Below, one piece after another: positions 1 through 9,244 of a DNA stretch of 64,000 nucleotides; within the stretch, counting starts at the first letter, position 1; each line of letters opens with the position of its first letter. A program made the position numbers and the translations under genes. The stretch lies in the sequence record NC_048792.1. The stretch is one strand, 5' to 3'. Under the pieces are notes generated by a model. It searched no databases, was not told the origin of the DNA, and worked only from the letters and a program-made list of their open reading frames with translations.

Positions 1-1
1 C

Positions 2-544
2 CACTCGGTTGTCGTTGTACTTCGCTGCTGCCGCGCCTGCCCCTAATAAGGCAATGCCGCCAGTAGGTAAAGTATCTGCCCGGAAAATCAAACCGTTAGT
101 TGTAAACAAGGCGTTACGGACGATTCTTTCATAGTCGTCAATACCATCTTTTTTAAGCATGATATCGACACGCTGGTCGGGAAGAAGGTTTTCACTTTCA
201 GCAAAGCTAAAGTTAATGCCAGTGGTTTTCATTTCAAAGGCATTAGCAAACATAGCTCTGACGTAGTGCTCACCTTTCATCCCCGTAGGATCATCTTCGT
301 AGAGATTCAGTGGGGAAGTGATTTCCAACCAACGTTCTATTTCAGCCGGTGAAGTTCTTAATTGAATGGGAAGCTGGTACAAGTCCAACCAACCTGTAAT
401 ATTTTTATCGGTGTCGAACAACTGTACCATGCAAAGGTGATACAGTTGGAAAATGTCATTCAAACGCATCCCTTTTAGGTTAACGTTCTGCCAGTCACCG
501 TAATTCCCCTTAGGGATAGCTTGCGCGGTCACTATCTGGTACAT
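2..544 (-). CDS. Virion structural protein, N-terminal part (runs off the window start)
   Basis: Not in the ORF track; translated by hand. ATG at 544 with RBS CAGGAG gives MYQIVTAQAIPKGNYGDWQNVNLKGMRLNDIF...RNALFTTNGLIF, open to position 2. Divergent from the fibre genes; resembles phiKZ-like baseplate-region proteins. Confidence 0.7.
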   Translation of the reverse strand, partial: MYQIVTAQAIPKGNYGDWQNVNLKGMRLNDIFQLYHLCMVQLFDTDKNITGWLDLYQLPIQLRTSPAEIERWLEITSPLNLYEDDPTGMKGEHYVRAMFANAFEMKTTGINFSFAESENLLPDQRVDIMLKKDGIDDYERIVRNALFTTNGLIFRADTLPTGGIALLGAGAAAAKYNDNRV

Positions 545-610
545 ACTTTCTCCTGTTTAGGCGACGCATTTGTATGTTACCCATCGGCCGATGGATGAAC
601 TGAGGCTAAT

Positions 611-2839
611 ATGAACAATACTAAGTATCAGTACGACTTTGATCCATACGGGACAAATCCCGAGAACAAGATCGTATCAGAACCACATACCATTACTGCC
701 GTTAATGGTACAGATTTTAACTTTGTCGTCCCACGCTTTGCTCCTTTTTTCCGAAGAGACATCGTTGTTCGTAACTCCTCTACCGGTGCAAGATTGCGTC
801 CTAACGTAGACTACTATTTCGGTTTCCGTTTCGACCAGATCCTGGTAAGTGGCAGTATGCAACCAGTCTATGGTGCGATCGTATTTAACGACCGTACTTT
901 GTCGGGTAATATCGAGATCGATTACCAGACTCTCGGTGGTGAATTCGTTCTGAGTGAGTCTCAAGTTCTTGAGATCCTCGCTAACAAACAGATCGACCCG
1001 CGCACGGTCACTTGGGGGTCTATCGTAGACTTGCCAACTGAGTTCCCGCCGATCCCTCACCGTGTTAACGCTGAAGACATGGTAGGGATGTCAGAGGTTG
1101 TTGCTTCTAACTACAACATTGCTGATGCTATCCGTGAAGGTAACGTCAAAGCGATGGAAGCGTTGATGGAGCACATCCAGGACCACAACAACCCGCACCA
1201 CATTACCCTGGCAGATCTGGGTATTGACCAGCTGGGTAACTTGGTACCTGCATCTAAAGAGCAAGCGGAAGGTGGTACGGATAATACCTACTACATGACC
1301 GCTCTCCGTACGAAGCAATTTACTAACGCGAACGTTATCCCGGTTATCGATGCCCACAAAGCAGACGACAGTAACCCGCATAACGTAACTGCGGCTCAAG
1401 TTGGTTTGGGTCTGGTTAACAACTGGCGTGCTGCCAACCAAAACGAAGCAGCTGCTGGCGTAGCCGATAACCTTTACATGGTACCGAGTACAACCACTAC
1501 GTTGGTACAGACTCTGGTTCCAGTTCTGATGCGTTCGCACACCGATCGCCAGGACAACCCGCACAATGTTACTGCAACCCAGGTAGGTTTGGGTAACGTA
1601 CCTAACTTCCCAATGGCCACGGAAGAGCAAGCAATTGGTGGTGTGAACCGAAATACGTTCATGTCTCCGTACTTGGTCAACCTGGCGCTGAAGAACGGCT
1701 CCGAACAACCGCTGATCGAACACATCAACAACCACAACAACCCTCACGAAGTTACAGCTGCTCAAGTAGGCCTGGACTTGGTGAACAACTACGCAATGGC
1801 TAACGCATCTGATGCAAACGCCATGACTCGTTCTGACCTGTATCTGTCTCCTCAGAACCTGGGTAGTTGGTGGAGTGCTGTTGCTCGTGTATATATCGAC
1901 CAGCAGATTGCCAATGGTCTGAACATGACCAAAGACGACGTGGGTCTGGGTCTGGTAGTTAACGCCGGTTTCGCAACCGACGCCGAAGCTATCGATCCGA
2001 GTAAAACCCAGGTCTACATGGATCCTAAGGGAACCAACCTGGCAATCCTTAATAAAGATCTGGTGAAAGCTTACAGTATCCAACCAGCTTACATGGATAC
2101 GTTGGCTAAAGGTTTCCCTGCGACGATGTTTGTTGCGACGATGCCTAACCTGTCGAGTGGTTTGAACAACACCTGGACAAGTACGTTGCGCACCATCAAG
2201 TCACCGTTTAACCGTGACTCCGCTGTCAGTGTCATTCTGTCTCCTTCTCCGGCGACTTATTATCAGCGTGCTTTCGTTGATGCAAGTAGCACCGGGATTC
2301 AACCAGGTTTCATCTTCGGTTATCAAGGAACAGATACCGACCCAGTTAAATACGCTGCGATCTTCTTTAAGAACAAAGCATGTTACCTGGGTACGTACGA
2401 AAACCAAAACTGGACTTACGGCCCAGACGTAGCCCTGGCTTCTCTGACCGGTACTTCGGTTCAAGTAACGTGTACAGTTTCAGGTAAGAATATCGCCGTG
2501 ACCGTAGGTACAACCACCGTCAACGTCGATATCTCTGCGCTGGTCTTCAATGCGACCAACTATACGTGGCGTGCAGGTTACGTGAACGTAGGTAGTGCGC
2601 CGACGGAGTTTACTCCTGTCTCCATGCCTGCCTTTACTGGGAAAATCGTTGATGTTATCGATTACCTGGATTACACGTTCAGTAACAACACCTGGACAGT
2701 AGTGGCTACTAACGATTCGCAAATGATCAGTAATGATCTGACTGCCGGTCGTCGTTGCTACAACTACGCTACCGGGGAGTGCTTCGCGGTGACTGCACCA
2801 GAAGAGTACTTCGCCATCACGCAACCTGTCTCTGTTTAA
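611..2839 (+). CDS. Baseplate/tail fibre protein with HxxxxxNPHxVTxxQVGL repeats (phiKZ gp130/gp131-like)
   Basis: 742 aa. N-terminus YDFDPYGTNPENKI...PRFAPFF is typical of phiKZ-like fibre/baseplate proteins. Four NPH repeats and a beta-rich C-terminus. RBS GAGG. Confidence 0.8.
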   Translation: MNNTKYQYDFDPYGTNPENKIVSEPHTITAVNGTDFNFVVPRFAPFFRRDIVVRNSSTGARLRPNVDYYFGFRFDQILVSGSMQPVYGAIVFNDRTLSGNIEIDYQTLGGEFVLSESQVLEILANKQIDPRTVTWGSIVDLPTEFPPIPHRVNAEDMVGMSEVVASNYNIADAIREGNVKAMEALMEHIQDHNNPHHITLADLGIDQLGNLVPASKEQAEGGTDNTYYMTALRTKQFTNANVIPVIDAHKADDSNPHNVTAAQVGLGLVNNWRAANQNEAAAGVADNLYMVPSTTTTLVQTLVPVLMRSHTDRQDNPHNVTATQVGLGNVPNFPMATEEQAIGGVNRNTFMSPYLVNLALKNGSEQPLIEHINNHNNPHEVTAAQVGLDLVNNYAMANASDANAMTRSDLYLSPQNLGSWWSAVARVYIDQQIANGLNMTKDDVGLGLVVNAGFATDAEAIDPSKTQVYMDPKGTNLAILNKDLVKAYSIQPAYMDTLAKGFPATMFVATMPNLSSGLNNTWTSTLRTIKSPFNRDSAVSVILSPSPATYYQRAFVDASSTGIQPGFIFGYQGTDTDPVKYAAIFFKNKACYLGTYENQNWTYGPDVALASLTGTSVQVTCTVSGKNIAVTVGTTTVNVDISALVFNATNYTWRAGYVNVGSAPTEFTPVSMPAFTGKIVDVIDYLDYTFSNNTWTVVATNDSQMISNDLTAGRRCYNYATGECFAVTAPEEYFAITQPVSV

Positions 2840-2850
2840 CGAGGTAAACA

Positions 2851-4203
2851 ATGTCTACGAACGTTGAAGTAGTTAAGTACCCGTATGACCCGACAGGTAA
2901 TGCGATTACTAACCGTATCATCAATGAACGCCGTACCGTTGGTCGTGAATACAACCGTGCATTAGCTCCATATGCCGGGCCGTACTATTCCGACTCGATG
3001 GTGGTGACTGATGCAATCACCGCCAAAGTTCTGGTTCGGGATTACGACTATAAGTTGCTTTATCCTGAACAAGAGGCTGAGCTCCGTATCGGTAAGCCTG
3101 TCTGTACCATGGTTCAGATTCTAAACCTGGATCACACCGATGTTAACCTGACTTATCAAGTTGTCGGTGGCCCGTACAGTACTTCCGTTAACGTGATTGG
3201 TAAACTCCTTAATGAGATTCAGCAGGACAACCGCCCAGTTCGCTGGGATGACATCCTGGGGAAACCAACTGAGTTCAACCCATCAAAACACCTGACCTCT
3301 GCAACCGACCTTTACGGTTTGGAATACGTGGTCATGTCGTTGGAAGATATCGTCCAGGCTATCTACCAAGGTGACGTCAGCTCCCACGATGTACTTTACG
3401 ATTACATTGAGCGAATCAAAAAGTATCTGGACGACAACCTGAATGACCTCCACAACATGGACAATGAGTTGGCTGCTCGTATTGAAGCCGTCAACGTCCG
3501 TGTCGATTCGACTAACCTCGATCTGAAGGCATTAGGTGATCGTACCGATAAACACATCGGGGATAAAGATAACCCGCACAATACCACCAAAGCACAAGTC
3601 GGTCTGGGGGCAGTGGAGAACTACCGTCCTGCGACTCAACCTGAAGCTGAGGCAGGTACTGCTAACGAAGTGGTCATGACAGCTCTGCGCACTTGGCAGG
3701 CGATCACTAAGTTTAACACCCTGAACATCGATCCTAAAATCAGTAGTCACATCGCTAACCGAAACAACCCACACGGTGTAACTGCCGCACAAGTTGGTTT
3801 AGGTGCAGTGGCTAACGTTCGTCAGGTTCAACAGGGCGGCGGTGTTAACATGCTGAATAACACGGTGCAGATCGGTTGGTCAGCTGGCGGTTTGATTGCT
3901 CAAGTTGATAGTACTCAATTGGGGCGCATCTATACCTCAAATAACCCCGATCCAGCAGTCGCATCTCACGCTAACCGTCGCGATAACCCACATGGAGTTA
4001 CGGCAGCCCAAGTTGGTTTAGGGAACGTTCCTAACTGGGGTGCAGCGAACGAAGGGACAGCAGCGGCCGGGTGGAGCAATAACACCTTTGCTTCCCCTCT
4101 ATCCATTCGTCGTTTCCACGAAGCCCAACGCACCATCAGTTGGAACGGTCCTGGTTCGACTAACGGATTTAGCGGCGACCATATCTGGTACCAGTTAGGT
4201 TAA
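2851..4203 (+). CDS. Tail fibre paralogue with NPH repeats and a QQGGG..IGW fibre segment
   Basis: 450 aa. Same N-terminal domain (YPYDPTG, APYAGPYY, WDDILGKPTEFNP) as the upstream gene, three NPH repeats, and a VQQGGGVNMLNNTVQIGW..VDSTQLG fibre motif. Ends GDHIWYQLG. Confidence 0.8.
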   Translation: MSTNVEVVKYPYDPTGNAITNRIINERRTVGREYNRALAPYAGPYYSDSMVVTDAITAKVLVRDYDYKLLYPEQEAELRIGKPVCTMVQILNLDHTDVNLTYQVVGGPYSTSVNVIGKLLNEIQQDNRPVRWDDILGKPTEFNPSKHLTSATDLYGLEYVVMSLEDIVQAIYQGDVSSHDVLYDYIERIKKYLDDNLNDLHNMDNELAARIEAVNVRVDSTNLDLKALGDRTDKHIGDKDNPHNTTKAQVGLGAVENYRPATQPEAEAGTANEVVMTALRTWQAITKFNTLNIDPKISSHIANRNNPHGVTAAQVGLGAVANVRQVQQGGGVNMLNNTVQIGWSAGGLIAQVDSTQLGRIYTSNNPDPAVASHANRRDNPHGVTAAQVGLGNVPNWGAANEGTAAAGWSNNTFASPLSIRRFHEAQRTISWNGPGSTNGFSGDHIWYQLG

Positions 4204-4214
4204 GCGAGGTAATC

Positions 4215-4742
4215 GTGCTTTACGTTAACTCAGGGGGCGCTTGGCGTCCCTGTAATAGAGCATACGTTAACAGTGGTGGTGCTTGGCGAAACGTCAAACA
4301 GATCTACACTAACACCAACGGTAAGTGGTGGCCTGTCTGGGATAAAGCCAATGCTCAGATGCCTATCTACAACCAAACCGTAATGGCTTGGGGTCGTGGT
4401 GGCGGGATGCCAGGGACTGTTTGGGGGAGTACTGTTTGCTACGCGGATTGGTGGCTGGAGATTTACCGCCCCATTATTGGGATTGTATTCTCCTTCAACA
4501 TTTCTAAGTGGCAAGGTTCTCTCCATGGTTCGGGTGGTAACTTTGGCATTGGAGAGAGCGATCCGGGCGTTCAATGGAAAGCGGATGACCGCACTGGTGA
4601 ACAACAATCTCCGGTAATGGGTTGTAACGTACAGCCAGGTCACGTGCTCCGTCTGTGGAACTACGGTAACTCTAACCAAGGTGACGGTAAGACGTATAGT
4701 TGGCTTCGGTTAGACCGAGTCATCTACGGAGATCCGCCGTAA
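4215..4742 (+). CDS. Small Trp/Gly-rich fibre-tip (adhesin-like) protein
   Basis: 175 aa, GTG start with RBS GAGG. Starts with duplicated YVNSGGAWR plus YTNTNGKWW; Gly-rich loops. Directly follows the fibre gene. Confidence 0.6.
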   Translation: MLYVNSGGAWRPCNRAYVNSGGAWRNVKQIYTNTNGKWWPVWDKANAQMPIYNQTVMAWGRGGGMPGTVWGSTVCYADWWLEIYRPIIGIVFSFNISKWQGSLHGSGGNFGIGESDPGVQWKADDRTGEQQSPVMGCNVQPGHVLRLWNYGNSNQGDGKTYSWLRLDRVIYGDPP

Positions 4743-4754
4743 AAAGAAAATAGC

Positions 4755-4776
4755 GGAGAGGGCGTTTGCCCTCTCC
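4755..4776. terminator. Hairpin between convergent genes
   Basis: GGAGAGGGC-GTTT-GCCCTCTCC perfect stem. Confidence 0.7.
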
Positions 4777-4787
4777 CTATGTTTGCA

Positions 4788-5777
4788 TTATCGCTTAGGT
4801 ACAGAAGTACCAGATTCGCCGGATCCGGTCTGGACGCCCTTATGTCCGTGGTACCGGAGTGTAATTCCGCCAGTGCTGGTTTCGAAGTCTTCGGCTTTCA
4901 CTACCTTCTCAACTTCCAGTGGCCCTTTCATCTTAGCTGTGAAGTCTCCGCTACTTGACTTCTCTTGGATAATGGGTCCATTGAGCGCAATCAGTCCGTT
5001 GAGGGAAATCTTGGTTGCGGTAAATTCAGCGTCATTAGCAACATTAAACTTAAGGCTATCAGCTGCCTCTAGATTAAAGTTGTTGCAAGAGATGTAGATA
5101 TTACCGCCAGCAACAATACCGATATCTTCCTCAGCATTCATTAGGAGATCTTTCTCTTTAATCTCAACTAACGTACCATCGGAGTTTACCATCCGTACTC
5201 GTTTCTCACGAGTATTCAGGTAGAGTTCTTGTCCCTGGTCATCGCCGATACTGATGAGTCCGTTACCGCCACTAATGTTAACATGATACTTAGCCACCTC
5301 TCCGTTAGCCTGTGACGTTGAGATAGTAATGCCCTTACCGTGTCCACTGATTTCCAGCATGTAATGAGTGTCGGGGTTAGGTGCTTCTCCGTTAGCGCTC
5401 AGGTTACCCGACACCATCAGTCGTTTAGTTTCACCACGACGAAGATTAATCTGGTCACCACGTTCACGCCAGTAATATTTATTCTGGTCAGCATAACGGA
5501 TTAATTCAACAACCTCACCACGTTGTACATCGGGTGCAGTTGTCCAGCTACTATCGGTTCCTCGCCACTCTGCTTCAATGACAGTATCTGTAAATGTTTT
5601 TACGTGAACGGGATTACCCCTACTGTCTTTACCTTCTATCTCCAGAGTCTGTGGATTAGAACGAATAGCACCTTGCATCCAGGGTGCGATCTCTACAGGC
5701 CACACCATGATGTTATTCGTTGTCAATGGTTTGTTCTCAGCAACGATACCGAAGAACTTAGATGCGATATCACTCAT
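4788..5777 (-). CDS. Baseplate central spike, gpV/gp5-like (phiKZ gp164-like position)
   Basis: 329 aa. N-terminal OB-like region (APDVQRGEVVEL), beta-repeat middle, and C-terminal HGH apex motif as in P2 gpV-type spikes. Confidence 0.75.
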   Translation of the reverse strand: MSDIASKFFGIVAENKPLTTNNIMVWPVEIAPWMQGAIRSNPQTLEIEGKDSRGNPVHVKTFTDTVIEAEWRGTDSSWTTAPDVQRGEVVELIRYADQNKYYWRERGDQINLRRGETKRLMVSGNLSANGEAPNPDTHYMLEISGHGKGITISTSQANGEVAKYHVNISGGNGLISIGDDQGQELYLNTREKRVRMVNSDGTLVEIKEKDLLMNAEEDIGIVAGGNIYISCNNFNLEAADSLKFNVANDAEFTATKISLNGLIALNGPIIQEKSSSGDFTAKMKGPLEVEKVVKAEDFETSTGGITLRYHGHKGVQTGSGESGTSVPKR

Positions 5778-5838
5778 GGTTTATTTCTACGCTCGATTGA
5801 ATTAGGTTGAAGACAATAGTTTAAACTGAGGAACTCTC

Positions 5839-8319
5839 GTGCTTAAATTGTTAGAAGTATCGATTAGTCATAACAAACGCTTTAAGTCTGGCTTGATCGA
5901 TCAAATCGTCTACACCCCCGAATCATCTTACCAGGTGATCGTTGGGCCGAATGGGGCAGGTAAGTCAGCACTCCTGGACGAATTGACATCATACCCTTCC
6001 CCTTCCGCTTCTTTCTACAAAAACGGGGAATCGCGTAGAAAATTACAACTTGACGGAGTCAACTACGAATGCGTGTCAGACTTCCGTTCAGGGAGTAAGC
6101 ATGAGTTCTGGAAAGAAGGCGTAAACCTTAATGAAGGCGGTACGCTGGTTGTTCAAAAGGACTTACTCGCCAAGCATTTGAACATCACTGAGCTGTCTCA
6201 TCAGATAGCTACAGATAAGCTCGTCTTATCTACCATGTCTCCAGCGAAGCGCCAAGAAGTCTTTAGTCAACTTATTAACCAAGACTTGACTCTAGCGTAT
6301 AGCCTGTTTAATAAGGCACGTACCAAACTCCGTGATGCCACCGGGGCAAAACGAATGTTGGAAGATTCACTGGTAAATAAGCAGACCATGAATCTCTCCG
6401 ATGAAGAGTACGAAATGCTTCAGGTTCGTTTAGCTGAGTACCAAGGGAAGGTTACTGAGTTACTGACGGACTACAGCGAGCAGAATGGGACGTCGATGAC
6501 AATTGACCAGATTATGGGTCAATGGATGCGGTTTACTGAGGGCGATTTAAAGAACTGGGGGAAATACCTTCCAGATAGTCCCATAGACGCAGCAGATGAA
6601 GCTGTGTTCAATCAGAAGATGGAAACGCTACGGTTATCGCTTAATCAGCTAAGAACGCAAGGAGCAGCGTTACAGGAAGAATATGACAACCTTGACGATA
6701 CTGTTAAACGTTTAGGGGATAGCTCGGCGGAGAACGTTGAGAAACTCCAAGACGAAAGGGACTACCATCTCAAACGTATCGCTCGTTTAGAACACTCAGC
6801 CGACAACTACATGTTCCGTCCTGACATCTATAGTCCTGAGATGAACTTTGGAGCAGCGAAGGAAGAACTCAAACGAGTCTTTACTCGTTGGTCTGATGCG
6901 CTCAGTTCCTTAACGCCCAACACGGAAGGTAAGTACACCAGAAACAATCTGGAAGAAATCCAACGTCGTATCCGTAACGGTAAAGAGTCGTATAACGCAT
7001 TAGTCTTCCAGCGGCAACGTGCAGAAGAGCAGTTGGAACACTTCACTAAAGGCGAACAGATCCATTGCCCGCAGTGTAGTTACCAATGGACTCCTGGTAC
7101 TAAGCCGGAAGATAAGCCTCGTTTAGTGGCTAAGATTAGTCAGTTGAACGAACAGATCGCTAAGGGTGACAAATACCTCTCAGAGCTCACTGCAACCGAG
7201 CAGGAGATCGTTGAGTGGAGTAACCTTTACCGTGAAGTTATCTCCTTGGAGAAAGGTTGTAGTGCAGCATCAGAGCTGTTTAATCAGATCCATCACGAGA
7301 TTAACATTTCCGAGCAGCCCGTAATGGCTGTGGGCATGGCTCACAACCTGATTGAAGATTTGGAACGCTTTGTAGAAATCGAGAACTCCCGCAAGGTCAT
7401 TCAGGAAACAGAAACTATCCTCCAGCGTCTGAGAGATAACAATGTTACCGGTGTTGATCAATTGAAGAAACGTATGGAACATCTTCGCGTACGTCTCTCC
7501 GATAATGCGGTAGAACAAGATAAACTCATTGTCGTTCTTAATGAAATGGAACAACAGGCGCGTCAAATTGCTCGCTTTAATGAGAAAGCTGGTGAACTGG
7601 AAGAGCGTTATGAACACCTGTGCACTGAAGGGTACCGGACAATCAATAACGTATTCAACCAAGTCCGTAAGATTCTCATTGCTGATCTACAAGGGCACAT
7701 CGGTACGATCAGTAAACAGCTCAATGATGTGAAGACTCTGCGTGACCAGATTGCCGACAACGAGAAACAGTTAGCTGAACAGCAACGACTCATTGTTGGA
7801 TATTCTAAGATCGTTGAGGATCTTTCTCCGAAGTCAGGGATTATTGCTGAGCAGATGTCAGAGTTCATTGAAACCTTTGTTGGTCAGATGAATGAAGTCA
7901 TCGCAGAGATCTGGACTTACCCGATGGAAATAATGATGGGTAAGCCGACGGACTCAGAATTGAGCTACGTGTTCCCTGTCTACCTTCCTGAGTCTGACTC
8001 TATCGTTCCGGATGTGAAAGAGACGTCAGATGGTCAGATTGGCATTATTGATTTTGCTTTCAAAGTCACCGCCATGATGTACCTTAATCAAGTTAATGTA
8101 CCTTTGCTACTTGACGAAGTTGACCGTCCTCTGCAACCTGCGCATAAAGCCAAACTGATTAACTTCATCAGTGGTTCAGTTGAAAACGAACGCTTCAGTC
8201 AAGTCTTCCTGATCTCTCACCACGAGGGTTCGCATGGAGCACTTCCATTCCCTGATATCATCGACTTCAACTACCGTGAACCTCGGGAAGAATCCAATAA
8301 GGTCATTAGCTTCCACTAG
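5839..8319 (+). CDS. sbcC: SbcC/Rad50-like SMC ATPase (phiKZ gp165-like)
   Basis: Walker A GPNGAGKS, long coiled coil with central CPQC hook, signature-like SDGQ, Walker B LLLDEVD, H-loop LISHH. Confidence 0.9.
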   Translation: MLKLLEVSISHNKRFKSGLIDQIVYTPESSYQVIVGPNGAGKSALLDELTSYPSPSASFYKNGESRRKLQLDGVNYECVSDFRSGSKHEFWKEGVNLNEGGTLVVQKDLLAKHLNITELSHQIATDKLVLSTMSPAKRQEVFSQLINQDLTLAYSLFNKARTKLRDATGAKRMLEDSLVNKQTMNLSDEEYEMLQVRLAEYQGKVTELLTDYSEQNGTSMTIDQIMGQWMRFTEGDLKNWGKYLPDSPIDAADEAVFNQKMETLRLSLNQLRTQGAALQEEYDNLDDTVKRLGDSSAENVEKLQDERDYHLKRIARLEHSADNYMFRPDIYSPEMNFGAAKEELKRVFTRWSDALSSLTPNTEGKYTRNNLEEIQRRIRNGKESYNALVFQRQRAEEQLEHFTKGEQIHCPQCSYQWTPGTKPEDKPRLVAKISQLNEQIAKGDKYLSELTATEQEIVEWSNLYREVISLEKGCSAASELFNQIHHEINISEQPVMAVGMAHNLIEDLERFVEIENSRKVIQETETILQRLRDNNVTGVDQLKKRMEHLRVRLSDNAVEQDKLIVVLNEMEQQARQIARFNEKAGELEERYEHLCTEGYRTINNVFNQVRKILIADLQGHIGTISKQLNDVKTLRDQIADNEKQLAEQQRLIVGYSKIVEDLSPKSGIIAEQMSEFIETFVGQMNEVIAEIWTYPMEIMMGKPTDSELSYVFPVYLPESDSIVPDVKETSDGQIGIIDFAFKVTAMMYLNQVNVPLLLDEVDRPLQPAHKAKLINFISGSVENERFSQVFLISHHEGSHGALPFPDIIDFNYREPREESNKVISFH

Positions 8320-8332
8320 GGAGTATGACTAG

Positions 8333-8494
8333 ATGGGTAAGATTAAACATCGCCTGCTACGCCTCGTGTTCTTCTTTGCTTTGGCGTACGTTACCGGACA
8401 TGCAGTCAGTACTGATTTTAATAACCCAGTGTTGATTGTATCGTTATTGATCTGTTGGTTGGGCGTATTCATCAACAACATTGTTAATGACTAA
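8333..8494 (+). CDS. Small two-TM membrane protein (53 aa)
   Basis: Not in the ORF track. MGKIKHRLLRLVFFFALAYVTGHAVSTDFNNPVLIVSLLICWLGVFINNIVND, with GGGAG upstream; fills the gap between sbcC and a hairpin. Confidence 0.6.
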   Translation: MGKIKHRLLRLVFFFALAYVTGHAVSTDFNNPVLIVSLLICWLGVFINNIVND

Positions 8495-8500
8495 CATAGC

Positions 8501-8522
8501 GCAGAGAGGTTTTCCTCTCTGC
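8501..8522 (+). terminator. Hairpin terminator
   Basis: GCAGAGAGG-TTTT-CCTCTCTGC. Confidence 0.65.
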
Positions 8523-8535
8523 CTATTCCCATTTA

Positions 8536-8571
8536 TTTTCAAACATATATCACTACTATGCAAGTGGATAA
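8536..8571 (+). promoter_or_regulatory. Putative early (vRNAP) promoter
   Basis: TTTTCAAACATATATCACTACTATGCAAGTGGATAA, 31/36 identical to 46078-46113. TATCAC resembles the phiKZ early TATTAC core. Confidence 0.7.
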
Positions 8572-8608
8572 CTTAAAGAGTATAAACATTTAATTATTGG
8601 AGAAAATT

Positions 8609-9238
8609 ATGCGTTCTATTAAGCAGCTCGAACCTCTGTTAAGAACTTACGGCAAAGTCGATCGTGGTGGTGCAACCAGCGTTCAACATCAAACCTTCTT
8701 CGTCCGCCCGGCGCCGCTGAACAGCGAAATCGATATCAGCGAAAACCTCTCTGACTTCACTACCCATCAAATGGATGGCTGGCGTAACCTGGAGTCGTTC
8801 CAGGACATGATCGATGTCATCGCTAAGACTTATGGCGATAACGTCGCCAGCAAAGTCCCAGCCGTCCCTATGTCCAATCTGTCGGAAGTGTACGATCGCT
8901 TCCTGGCCGAATCCGGTCTGCGCATGGTTCCAATCTTCGGTTTCTCCATGGAGATCCGTGATGCACAACCGTTCTCCCAAAACCTGTTCCACTTCATCGA
9001 AGGCATTCCGCCGGAAGTCTCCGAGAAACTGCTGAACGATGTTCGCGCCAAACTGGCTGAAGTTGACCTGCCGGGTGAAATGGTTAACCTGAACTTCATG
9101 GTTCAGGAAAGCTGCACGGTTATGGAACTGTACCGGATGATGACTTTCATCACCGTCCTGCTGAAAGAGTCGGCAAAAGAAACTCACTTCCTGCCAGGTC
9201 GTGCGGTGGGTACTTTCGCTTACATCTCTGCGGAGTAA
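8609..9238 (+). CDS. Hypothetical protein (putative early)
   Basis: ORF 8597-9238; ATG at 8609 has RBS GGAG. Codons look like highly expressed host genes (CCG, CTG, TTC). Confidence 0.8.
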   Translation: MRSIKQLEPLLRTYGKVDRGGATSVQHQTFFVRPAPLNSEIDISENLSDFTTHQMDGWRNLESFQDMIDVIAKTYGDNVASKVPAVPMSNLSEVYDRFLAESGLRMVPIFGFSMEIRDAQPFSQNLFHFIEGIPPEVSEKLLNDVRAKLAEVDLPGEMVNLNFMVQESCTVMELYRMMTFITVLLKESAKETHFLPGRAVGTFAYISAE

Positions 9239-9244
9239 TTCCAG

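Noticed and set aside
1091-2083. 330-aa minus-strand ORF
   Set aside because: Antisense shadow of the fibre gene caused by codon bias; no RBS or motifs.
1170-4030. Recurrent AACCCGCAC/GCTCAAGT-type repeats as a possible CRISPR or DGR array
   Set aside because: They are in-frame protein repeats with synonymous divergence and irregular spacing. No reverse transcriptase or A-specific variation was seen.
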